From Utricularia gibba (Eukaryota > Plantae > Magnoliophyta): a DNA stretch of 64,000 nt. Under the pieces are notes generated by a model. The model had not been told where the DNA came from. It saw nothing but the letters and a program-made list of their open reading frames with translations, and did no database searches. The position numbers were made by a program, and so were the translations under genes. The stretch is taken from the NCBI GenBank assembly GCA_002189035.1, contig CM007990.1:682001-746000 (forward strand), in the 5' to 3' direction. Each line of letters opens with the position of its first letter. The first letter of the stretch is position 1. Positions 50,142 to 61,422 of this stretch are shown piece after piece.

Positions 50142-52517
50142 ATGCGAAAAACTGTTTCGGGGATTGCGAACTGGACTCATGGGGAAGCTCTAGTCATTAA
50201 GGCGAATAAGCATCTAGGGGGGTTGCTAAGAGACGGTAAAGTTGATGATGCTAGAAAGGTGTTCGACGAAATGCCAAAGCGTGATGAGTTTACGTGGAAC
50301 ACAATGCTAACTGGCTATGCAAATGCAGGAAGGATAGTTGAAGCCGAGAAACTCTTCGAGGAGATTCCAAAGAGGAGTTCAGTTACTTGGTCAGCGCTTG
50401 TTTCCGGTTACTGTAACGCCGGCTGTGAAGATGAGAGCTTCCGGTTGTTTTATGAAATGCAGCACGAGGGGCATAGGCCTAGTCAGTTCACTTTGGGTAG
50501 CCTCCTGAGGCTGTGTTCCATTAAGGGCTTTTTGTCTAGAGGTGAGCAAATTCATGGTTATGCTGTGAAGTCTAGATTCGATAAGGATGTTTTTGTTGTT
50601 ACTGCTCTCATAGATGTTTATGCAAAATGTTTGTGCGTGATGGAAGCTGAATATCTCTTCAAGGGTATGTCTGAAGGCAGAAATCATGTGACTTGGACTG
50701 CAATGATCAATGGCTACTCCCTAAACGGTGATGCTGTCAAAACCATTCACTGCTTTGCAGCAATGAGGTCCGAAGCTGTGGAAGCCAACCAGTACACATT
50801 CCCTGGTGTACTGGCATCCTGTGGCTCTTTGCTTGACCTCGAGTTTGGATCCCAGGTTCACAGTTGTGTTATTCATGGTGGTTTTAGCGCTAACTTGTTT
50901 GTGCAGAGTGCATTGGTTGACATGTACTCAAGATGTGGGGACTTGACAAGTGCCTGGAAAGTGGTTGAATCAATGAAGGTGGATGATTCCATTTCTTGGA
51001 ATGCGTTGATTCATGGATGTGTTAGCCATGGTTTAGTGCAGCAAGCACTGATTCTGTTCAAAACGATGCATGCCAAGGGTATGAAACTTGATGAATTCAC
51101 ATACCCCTCAGCCATAAACTCTCTATCTTCGATGAAAGATGTGGGGAACAGTTACTGCATTCATTCCTTGGTTGTGAAGTTTGGATTTGAGGATAATACT
51201 CTGGTCAGCAATGCTCTGATTGACATGTATGCTAAGCAGAGCAACCTCAATTGCGCAAGTAAGTTGTTTGAGCTTATGGTGGAAAAGGATGTTGTTTCCT
51301 GGACCTCCCTCATTACTGGCTGTGCTCACAGTGGTTGCCATGATCAAGCTTTAAAGTTGTTCTGTAGAATGAGGAGCAGCGGCACTAAACCTGATTCTGT
51401 AGTTATTTCCAGTTCTTTGAGTTCGTGTGCAGAGCTGACTCTGCTTGAATTAGGACAGCAACTTCATGCGAATTCAATCAAGTCTGGGATTGAGGAGGCA
51501 TTATCAGTTAACAATTCCCTTATCTCACTATACGCACACTGTGGGTGCTTAGAGCAGGCAACTAGAGTTTTTAACTCCATGGAATCAAAGAGTGTCATCT
51601 CTTGGACAGCACTGATCATGGGGTATGCTCAAAATGGCGAAGGGATGAAGGCAGTTGAGCTTCATGAGCGCATGATAGCATCTGGTGTAAGGCCAGACTC
51701 CATAACTTTCATTGGGTTGCTGTTTGCTTGCAGCCATGGAGGACTGACTGAACTGGGGCGACGCTACTTTGATTCCATGGTAAAAGAGTACAGAATCACA
51801 CCTGTTTCGGATCACTATGCTTGCATGATTGATCTCCTTGGCCGATCTGGGAAACTGCATGAGGCAGAAGAGTTGCTTAATAGAATGACTGCGGAGCCCG
51901 ATGCAGCAGTGTGGAAATCTTTACTTTCAGCATGCCGATTGCATGGAAACATGGATCTTGCAAGAAAAGCTGCAGCAAAGGTCTTTGAACTGGAACCCCA
52001 TGATCCTGTCCCATATGTTATTTTAGCCAACATGTATGCTTCTGCTGGGAAGTGGCAAGAAGCTGCTTCCATTAGAAAACTGATGAAATCCAAGGGAATT
52101 GGCAAAGAACCAGGTCATAGCTGGATGGAAATCAAGGGTGAAGTGCACACTTTCACGTCCGAGGATCGGACTCATCCGGAATCCAGGCTGATCTTCTCGA
52201 AAGTTGATGAGGTACTGATGCGGATCAAGGGAGTTGGTTACGTCCCAGATGTGAAATTTGCACTTCATGACATAGACGAAGACTGGAAAACACAGGGTCT
52301 GGCGTATCACGGAGAGAAACTGGCTGTGGCATATGGCTTACTGAAGCTGCCTGAGGGAGCCCCTATTCACATATACAAGAACATTCGTGTCTGTGGAGAT
52401 TGCCACAGTGCAATGAAGTTCATATCCTCTGTTTATAACCGCCACATTGTCCTGAGGGATTCAAATAGATTTCATCATTTTAGAGGTGGTGACTGCTCTT
52501 GTGCTGATTACTGGTAG
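50142..52517 (+). CDS. PLS-class PPR protein with E/E+ and complete DYW deaminase domain; single exon
   Basis: Tandem PPR motifs; PG box KEPGHSWMEI; HGEKLA and CGDCH zinc ligands; terminal CSCADYW. Confidence 0.97.
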   Translation: MRKTVSGIANWTHGEALVIKANKHLGGLLRDGKVDDARKVFDEMPKRDEFTWNTMLTGYANAGRIVEAEKLFEEIPKRSSVTWSALVSGYCNAGCEDESFRLFYEMQHEGHRPSQFTLGSLLRLCSIKGFLSRGEQIHGYAVKSRFDKDVFVVTALIDVYAKCLCVMEAEYLFKGMSEGRNHVTWTAMINGYSLNGDAVKTIHCFAAMRSEAVEANQYTFPGVLASCGSLLDLEFGSQVHSCVIHGGFSANLFVQSALVDMYSRCGDLTSAWKVVESMKVDDSISWNALIHGCVSHGLVQQALILFKTMHAKGMKLDEFTYPSAINSLSSMKDVGNSYCIHSLVVKFGFEDNTLVSNALIDMYAKQSNLNCASKLFELMVEKDVVSWTSLITGCAHSGCHDQALKLFCRMRSSGTKPDSVVISSSLSSCAELTLLELGQQLHANSIKSGIEEALSVNNSLISLYAHCGCLEQATRVFNSMESKSVISWTALIMGYAQNGEGMKAVELHERMIASGVRPDSITFIGLLFACSHGGLTELGRRYFDSMVKEYRITPVSDHYACMIDLLGRSGKLHEAEELLNRMTAEPDAAVWKSLLSACRLHGNMDLARKAAAKVFELEPHDPVPYVILANMYASAGKWQEAASIRKLMKSKGIGKEPGHSWMEIKGEVHTFTSEDRTHPESRLIFSKVDEVLMRIKGVGYVPDVKFALHDIDEDWKTQGLAYHGEKLAVAYGLLKLPEGAPIHIYKNIRVCGDCHSAMKFISSVYNRHIVLRDSNRFHHFRGGDCSCADYW

Positions 52518-52814
52518 AAGTTCTGACCCTTCGCTTCCTCTCTAACAGTTCAAAAGAACAGGTTCTTTTGTAACAAGTCACTCTTCTGCTTCCCGGGTGC
52601 AGTCTGGGATCCGGTCTTGCGTTTCAGAGTGTATTTGGGCACTAAAGAAGAGAAGAAAATAGATTGATAGACACAGCAGGCACTTGACAGCAATATTGGA
52701 TCGCCTGTCTGCAGGTCTAAAAGGTTCAGGTTTCCCTTACAATGGCTTTTTGAAACGGCTCCTGAAAATGTCTGCCTCCAGATATGAAGACACGCTGAAG
52801 CAATGATAAACATT

Positions 52815-54723
52815 TTAGAGTTTCCGGGAGGCCTTGAGGTTAAAATCATGTTTTATGAGGTTTGCTCTTAGAAGCATGCTTCTAACTTCACGCTCGAATT
52901 CACCTCCAGTTTGCAGGACACGTTGAAAGGTCCCATTCCTCTGGTCAGCATGCCTAGCGTAAAGGATTTTGTTGTGGGAGTCAATTCGTGCCTGCCATGG
53001 AGGTGTTGAGAAGTTGGATAAACAAGAACATTCAACAGGTTACCAGTCACGGGAGCTAGGATACGAGTGATGGATGGAGAATTATTTACCTGTATCTGGT
53101 CATTTGTGATAAGAGCTTCAAGCTCCTTCTCCAAGCCAGAAATGGTTGTCTTGAAGGCGTTTGCCATCATATGAAGATCCACAGAGACATATGGGAGTGT
53201 GTACTGAATCAGAGCTTTGCTTCGAATCTGTTGGTAAAGAGTCTCCACATGATCATGTAAATGGATATCAAGCAATAAATTTGCCTTGAGATTTTCGAGA
53301 TACCCCAAACACGAAGCATACTGGCTGAAAAACAAGAGAATTCAGGTCAAAAGATGAAACTAGGTCAATGAACTAGCGACCGGTTTATCCAAGAAGCAAG
53401 AAAAAAAACCCTAGTGACTGATCTTTTGCCATCTTGTCATCGCCAAACTGGTTTACCTCTTATAGAAATCATTGATAAGTTCTCTTACTTCAGGTACCAA
53501 TTCCAGGAAATCCCTGAAGTTTACATTGTCTATGACTTTGCTCTGCCAGCCATGAGAGTGCACTTCACTGAGGTTCACAAGCAATTCAGCTTAAGCAGTG
53601 AAGAGACAAAATTTACCTTTAGTTCAGCCCGATCGAACGTTGCAAGTGCACATAGACTACCGTATGTTGCAACATCTTGGGGAGCAATTACTTCAGTGTA
53701 ATGGTTACCCAGTTCAGGCCCAGTTTCGAGAAACTACAAACACAATTACAGGCAAAGTCAGTACAGAATTCATATTTTCGTATGAGTGGATGAAAGGGCT
53801 GCATCAGCATAACCATACCTTTCGTGCAGCAAGCTTATACTTTTTCCCCTCTAGATATGCTAATCCGGCCGCACAGCGAAGTTTTGCGACGATGATGGGA
53901 TCCAGTAAATCTTGGCTTTGCTCAGCCTTGCTAACGTAGCTAGCAACATGAATAAACTGGCCCATCTCAATGCTAACAAGGATGGCATTCAAACACATAC
54001 TAGTAATATGTTTTGCCGTAGTGCAGTAGTCACGAGTTCGAACATAGCTCTTGAAGGCCTCACCCAGCTGACCGTGCGCATAGTAGAAATCCCCAAAATC
54101 GTTGTACCCCATCCGAATGCTCTCCTTGATCAGATTTGTCTGCAAAACAAATGGAATCCTATCTTATGTTCATGCTTCTACTTGCACATTGCTCTGAGGA
54201 AGAATTGCAACCATCCGAAGCATTGAAATAAGCGACGACGAGCATGCTCTTGCTATGCAAGCACAGCGGCAATCAGAGAAGCAGGAAATTAGCAAAAGCA
54301 TAGAAACTGGTAAGAAGTGAGGATTCGTACTCTGTAAGCAGTGAGTTCCGACTCGAGCTTCTCCTTTCTTGACTCGGCGCGTCGATCGACGGCATCGGAC
54401 CAGGAATTATCCGAACCATATTTTGGTCCCAAGCGACCATCAATTTTAGCGACGACTTCTCTAAACAGCTGCGTGTTCTCACCCTTCTTAATCTCATCAT
54501 ACGCCATCCTCAGCGCCTCCGACTGCATCGACGGGACTCCACATACGTCAGCAATGAAAAGTAGGCGAGATACCTTCGTTCGCCCACTGTACAGAGCCGC
54601 GTACGCCTCGATGTCGAGCTGCTCGCCGCTGATCACGGCACGGTGCCTCTGCGACTCGCCGTTGGCGTAGACGTCTTCGTCGTCGACGATGGCTTCGTTC
54701 GCATCCTCCCCGGTTTCCATCAT
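52815..54723 (-). CDS. CSN1: COP9 signalosome subunit 1 (FUS6); 6 exons
   Basis: [20 protein letters not shown]; [38 protein letters not shown]; PCI domain [19 protein letters not shown]; C-terminal [14 protein letters not shown]. Confidence 0.96.
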
Positions 54724-55187
54724 GAGTGTACAAGTTCCAGTGCAGGAAGTATCTTTAGGGCTTTTCTTCAACATTTTTTCATGTTCTTCAAGTAACTATT
54801 CATCCCCATTAGTTGGGCTCAACAAACCTTCAAGGCCCATTTAGGCCCAGACCATCTGCATTCAAAATTTTATACAATATTTTTAATTTTCAAATAATAT
54901 TAAATAAATTCACATAATCTACTTAAAATTAGATAAGTTTAAAATATAAACTTTATAAATATATATATATTTAAAATACTCATATATTTTTGTAGTTATA
55001 CTTAAAAAAATAAAAATATTATTTAAAATAAATATGAATGAATTTTAATTTAAATATTAATACAACACTAAAATTCTGCAGTTTGGGGGAGTTCCCATTC
55101 TCACAAAAAACTGGTGATGGGCAGTGGGCGGTGGCGCCCTTCCCCGACGCACAACAGACAGCACTCGTCTTCTTCATCTCGCCTCTG

Positions 55188-56269
55188 TTACTTGGTTGCT
55201 AGTTGTTTGTCTGGTAAGTTAGCAGGGAGTATAAGCACAGAATCCACGCAGAGTCCACCTTTGGTATGCGTACAGTCAATCTGAGTCAGAGAAAATTTGA
55301 TGCTTAGAGGTGAGTTTGGGTCCTCGACGGCGAAGTTTCCGACATGGTAGTTCACCCATGATCCGACGTTGTCCAGCTTCAGTCTGGAGGAGGCGCTCTG
55401 CCCATCTTTCGTCTTGAATGAAAGGTGCACCGGCTTAACGTCCCAGCCGTGGATATTTTCGGAGTTCCGGCGGTGGTGCCATGTTCTCCGGTCTGGCTTC
55501 CCTAGGCTGAGGCGGAAGAAGAGGCTGTATGTTCCTCGTGGGAACTGGAACTCGAGCTCCCCGTCTACTTCCACCCACCATATCTGGTTCAGATACGCCA
55601 CTGTCCCGAATCTGGATCAGTACAAAGAGCATTGTAATGAGTTGGAATGGAATAGAGATCGGAAGACAAAGCTCAGTTGCAATGACAGATCATACAAATG
55701 TTTGCTATCTATCACAGAGGTTGTTCAAAAAGAAAATTGCAGAAATCCAAGAATTGAAGAACGTGGGAATCCCACCTGGATTCTTGTGTCTGAATCTGAT
55801 TCCAGTAGCGCCGATCATTGATCCCGGTGATGTTCATCCCTTTGGAGGAAATCGCCAAGCAGACTCCCCCTGTTCGCTTATCGATCCAAACTTCCTGCAC
55901 CATGGAACCACGCGGGTCAATTTCTAGGGTAAAGAAGATGCACAAATCACCATTTTCAAACCCACCCACCTTCGTCCCGTCGTCAAAAGCACGTGGGCGA
56001 GAAAGCCCTACAAAGATATCCCTCTTCCTCGACTCCCCAATCGCCGGATCGGGCAAATTCGCGAGGATATACTTGTAACTGGAAGGCAATTTCGGAGCCC
56101 ATATGAAATCGGCGGACGAGGCGTCTCTAAACGCCCGATTCACCCTCGCCAAAGCGGCGACCTCCGTCGGCTCCAAGAAATACAAGATTCGGGCGACGCA
56201 AGATTCCGCCAAATCATCCAACCCCGTGCCAAGGGAACCTCTTGGCGGTGAAGAAACGTTAGCTCCCAT
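55188..56269 (-). CDS. PP2-A13: F-box/phloem protein 2 (PP2-A12/A13 type); 3 exons
   Basis: MGANVS; F-box LDDLAESCVARIL...NRAFRDASSADFIW; ISSKGMNITGINDRRYW; AYLNQIWWVEVDG; SLTQIDCTHTKGGLCVDSV. Confidence 0.88.
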
Positions 56270-56649
56270 ACAGATAGCGGCTACCTTTTCGATCTCGAGT
56301 CCGGAAAACACAGGAATTTGGATTGAATCTTCCGGATTCCGTCAGTTTTATACCGGCCGGACTCCAGATCTGAGAACGTTTTGAACACGTCGATCCCAAG
56401 TGGCGAGCGTCCGACGTGGAACAAGCGTTTCAGCGTTATCTTTAAGGATCCAACTTCGTCACTTTCAGGCCACTGGATTTGCGTAACCGGCGCAACCCAT
56501 CCCCGTGTGCACCTAACCGTGGGCTGGGTCCAAAGGAACCGGTCGCAGTCAAAGGCGACGAGCCCCCAGCGTCACAACACGCGCTATGGATCCACCAGAA
56601 GGAACCAGACATTGAGCCAACCTCATTTTACTAACTATAAAAAGCTTGA

Positions 56650-57540
56650 CTCGTTTTGAATATTATAATTTACGATCCAAAATAATTTAATCATAAATTT
56701 GTCGAATTTGATTGCATATATATTATACGTACGTGTTGTTTATTAATATGTGATTCAGTTATGTAGAATATAATTATCAATAAGATTTATAAAATTATTT
56801 CATAACTTTTAATATATTAAATTAAATATTATATAATTTAATATGATAATAAAAATATTTTTTAAATATATATAATATAATATATTAAAACATAATTTTA
56901 ATAATTTCAATATTTTTTAAATTTAATATTAAAGTGAAACCCAAACTCATACCAATGATAGTATGAGACAACACTAAATAAGGATGTTGATTATCTATAA
57001 GAGAGATAATGTATAATAAAAGGATTAGTGACGATACTATATCCTGGAAATAGATGAGTAAGATGACATGTTTAAATAAAAATACTTTGTTAATTTTATA
57101 TGAAATCTTTTTCTCATAAAAATAGAACGTAAAACCACGAGAATTTGATATTTGAATCGAACAATATCATATCATGCGAGAGTAGGTCATGATAATTGAT
57201 AGATCAAATAATTTCAAAAATTTTATTTTACAGAACAATCTTTGTGAAAAAAATATAAAATATAAAATGATTTAATTATATTCTTTTAAAAATATTTAAT
57301 TTAATTAATAATATATTTAAATTATTTAGATTAAAATAAAGATGTCATGTATTTAAATTTAAATGATTATCATGATAAAGAGAGTGGATAATAAAATATA
57401 TCGATTCAAATATTGTCATTTCAATATTGAAATCGCATCTTAAACTACACATTTCAAGGTGTTTTGTAAAGAATATCCCAATGTCAAAAAATAGATTAAA
57501 TCAAATTATTAAGGGATCTTATCAAATGAAATGATTATAA
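56650..57540. other. Very AT-rich intergenic tract
   Basis: Long runs composed almost entirely of A/T, no ORFs. Confidence 0.6.
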
Positions 57541-57607
57541 GCGCCATTGATCAGTATTTGAGTTTTGCAGAAAGGGAAGTAAACCCTAACAGCAATTTGC
57601 AGAGGAA

Positions 57608-59172
57608 CTAACATGAGACACCTGGGTAGCCGCAGTTGGGCATCTGGGCCCTGCTCGCATCCGCAAGTCCGATGAACAAGTCCGTCACCACTTCGGAGAT
57701 CGCTTCCCTTACCGGCGGCGCATCCGGGCTGTCTTGCTCTGACAGCGCCGCCGCAGTCTAGGGGCGGCCACTCACAGACAATCGTTTCAGGTTATGTCGT
57801 TTCACACAAGCCAACTCAAAATGTACCTGTAGTAACAGCAATCATCGTTCTCACCTTGTCGCCAAACGCCGCGCTCTCTGCACCAAACACTCTTACCTGC
57901 AAATCCAAACACGAGGTGGGTTTTACATGGCGATCAGTGAAGTAGCAGATATTGTGTCTGAGATCAAAGGCACTTACTTTCTCTTCCAACTGCTGAATCT
58001 TTTGCATGTACATTTGCACCTAGCAGGCAAGTCGACTGCAATAAAGCCACCTGGAAAAGAAGCGGGTTTATGGTTTGTTTGAGTTGACAATCTACCTTCT
58101 TTGTACGTATCCTATGAAGGCTGCGGTCAAGATGCTTTTCCATCTGCTGCAATTCTTGAATGCTGCTTGTTTCTAAACCTTCCCCTAGCAGCTTTCTGTT
58201 GAAATGGGACGTTCAGTAGGACATCCATGGAGTGGAATGTTGTCCCACATCGATTTCTGAACAAAAAGCACAGGATTGAGGACAACCTCTTGGATGCTTC
58301 AAGTTGCTCGATTTTCTTCATCAGCTTTGCAATCTCAGCTTTCATGTTCTGCAGTGAATGTACTGATATGATTAACAGTTGAAGGGAGTTTAGAATAAAC
58401 AATGGAAGACTACCTGCAGATTGTCTTCTAAGCATGCACCGGGAGGAACAGGAGGTGGAGGATTTGCAGATTGAAGTGACTTAGCATGCTTCTGGTAGTG
58501 ATCAATTGTTTCCATCATGCTGCAAAGGTTTCCATCTCAATGTTACTAGTCACAAACATGCATCAAACATCAAACTTCACAGAAGTTTGCTATTAGCAGC
58601 ATTTCAAACTTCACAGAAGTGAAGTGTACTGAAGATCCCTGCAAAGCCATAATGGCATGTGAAAAGGGCACCTGTTCTAAACAAAACACCACAAAAACCA
58701 TAGTGACTGAGCATGTCAAAGCAACAATGGCTTCTAAAGAAACTGCCTATTCCATTGTATCTCCTCCATCTACTCTGAAACCGAAGATCAGGGATTCAAG
58801 ATACTGAAGAAAGTTCCTAAGTGTTTGTCTTTTGCTGATCTCAAACCCCGAACTTGGACAAAAGCTAGTGATTAAACAAGGAACTGCCAAGATCTAGAGA
58901 AGGAAACTCAGATCCAAGATCCCAAATCCAAGCACCGACATTCACGTTCAGTTTCTGTTTTAGTTGGATTTACTGGTTCTTTTCGCTTACCTTGAGCTTG
59001 CGAATTCGTAGAGCTTGCCACTAGGCGAGAAGATTATAAGCCCGATCTCAGCATCACAGAGAACAGAGAGCTCAAATGCTTTTTTCAGCAGCCCATTTCT
59101 CCTCTTTGAAAAAGTCACTTGCCTGCTAGTAGCATTCTCAATGCGCCTCAGCTGAGTCTTCCCCCTCACCAT
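57608..59172 (-). CDS. SOC1: MIKC MADS-box transcription factor, SOC1/TM3 clade; 7 coding exons
   Basis: [42 protein letters not shown]; K-box [19 protein letters not shown]; two 42-nt K exons; SOC1 motif [10 protein letters not shown]. Confidence 0.93.
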
Positions 59173-60669
59173 TTTCACCTACATAGCAACAGAGAAAAGA
59201 TATCAAGGAAACCATACTGGTTGTGATCCTCAACGCAAGAACAAAGAAGCCTTAAAAAAAAATGATTCTTGAATAACCAGAACTATCTTTGTCTTTGAAA
59301 GTGATGGATGTTTGTGTCTGAAACGAGTAAAAAAGAGAAACCAAACGAACCAGAAGGTAACCTAACACATTTGGCAACAAAACCATAGCCTTGGTAATGG
59401 ATATTACACAAAGAGGGTGAAACCGAAGAAAAAAAAAAACAAGTGAGTGGGTCTACAAGAGAGGGACAGATAAAACAGTAAAGAATGTTGTAGCAAAAAC
59501 CAAAGCGCATGACAAGTAGCCATCTCTGCAGCCACTGTGTGGCTCTCTTTTTCGGGAAACCGTGGGCTGGAGTAAAAAGACAAACACATTTCCCTAAGTT
59601 TCAAGCAGTGGATCATATGTTTAGCGTAATTTGATGCTCACTATTTATTGCAACGCATGGAGGAAATAGACCAGTCGAAAGACTACAGAAACTAAGTCCC
59701 CTCTATATGATGGGGTAGCTTCATGGGAGAACTGAAGTCCTGATATCCAGAAAGAAGCACGCCATTATCAGAGGTTCAATCTTCCTGTGTGAAGAAACCC
59801 TACCAGTAACAGGCCAGCAATACACTTTCCACAGTATCCTGTGTTTCCCTTTGTTAGTCTACAACACAAATCCAACTCCCACAAACCCATGATACGTACG
59901 GTCGATACAAGTTCAGTGAACTTGGGAAAACCCAGGTCAAGGATAAAGAAGATGTGAAAGAGGAAACCCTGCGAGGATATCTAGGGAGGGTAGAGCCGCA
60001 GGTAAACCATCCAATCAGGGATGTACAACAGAATTCTGAATCATCGACTTTTCCACCAAAACTTGGCCCACGCTCTATCTGTTATCGCTATCGTCTTCCT
60101 TGGACTACTGTTGCAGGATGGTGTAGACGAGCAGTACGGCCCCACCTTGACGCAGCATCTAAACTCCATTCCTGTCTTTTCCCAATGGCGAATGTGTTAG
60201 CGGTGGTGTGCGTTTTGGTATGACAACAAAAACTTGGCAAAGCTCCTGTACATTTGACCTAGCCCAAACTCCAAACCCTGTCTTTCTTGACAAGTGGATT
60301 TCTACAATTTCTAAATAATAAATGCTTATAATTTTTTAACCTATGCTCTTCCTTTACAATCATGATATTAAAATCTTATGATTTTACGTTTTCTACTTTA
60401 AGAGAAAATTTTTACGAAAGATTAAAATGATAATTTAATTTAAATATGTTCCATCTATCATTTATAATTAATATGAAATATCCTTACTCTTGAAACACAT
60501 AAAAATAGCTTACTCTTGATACGCTACTATTCATTGAAAAAATATTTCAAACTGTTCTGTTTTAAACTTATTGTATATTTAAAACTAAGCATTGATTTGG
60601 TTTGGCAATGGCGTATTGACATCACAGAATTCTGTAGTAAACCCTAAGCATTCATTTCGCATCCCTACC

Positions 60670-60860
60670 TCAAGCGCAGCACGCAAGTGATAGCTTGCTT
60701 ATCGCAGAAGCCATGTTCTTGTAACCCAGCTTTTGTTTGAAGCTCATGCGCGTGTGTTGCGAAAAAGGTACTGCCTTTTGCTCGCATCCCGAAGAAGCAT
60801 TGGGCCGCCGCCGGCATATTCTTCTGGTAGACTGACCGGCGCAACGGCCTCGCCCTGCCG
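60670..60860 (-). pseudogene. Probable degenerate class I TCP (TCP9/19-like) domain remnant
   Basis: Colinear frameshifted fragments GRGR (60858-44), RRI-MPAA (60825-06), LGYK then TWLLR* (60729-02) follow the TCP consensus [30 protein letters not shown].WLL. Confidence 0.55.
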
Positions 60861-61422
60861 GCAACGGCAATGAATTCACCCACTCACTCCGATATGACGG
60901 ACGCCGTCGACCTCTTTCAGTTTTAGCGATTCGATTGTACCAAGATTGATCCTATTTTATGTTTGATTATTTCAATAATTAATGTATTATAGAATAAGTT
61001 TAACGTAACTATTACTTGATCTTGGATGATCAAAACCAATTTCCTAAAAAGGAATATATACTCTATAAAAAGGAATATATTCTTTCATAGTGAATCATTT
61101 GAATTTTAAGATATCGGATTATCAAATTTGCAGTTTCTTGATTATATATGTTCTTGTTCTTTTTCATGTTTTCGAAGATATATTGAATATCAATAATATT
61201 TTACAAAATATTATTACTATAAAATAATGTTTATTCTGTTTTGGGCCACTTTATACCATTCAACCATGATGGGCCAAACGTTTCAGTGGTGACGGCCCAA
61301 TACGAGGTTGTTTTCAAGGGCCCCACTAGACGGGTTGAATAATAAAAAAAAGTTAAGTTATTTGTGATTCCGGTCGAACCGGGTTCACTTGCTAATACAA
61401 CACAAGACCGTAGTGGTTCGAG

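Noticed and set aside
55076-55100. Partial resemblance to miR395 (GTTTGGGGGA)
   Set aside because: Only a ~10-nt match and no fold-back precursor.
58571-58620. 16-bp direct repeat CAAACTTCACAGAAGT in SOC1 intron 1
   Set aside because: Short local duplication with no evidence of function.
59700-60230. Possible remnant of the LPEAT2-like gene expected next to SOC1
   Set aside because: Only two- to three-residue resemblances, indistinguishable from chance by eye; more likely SOC1 upstream sequence.
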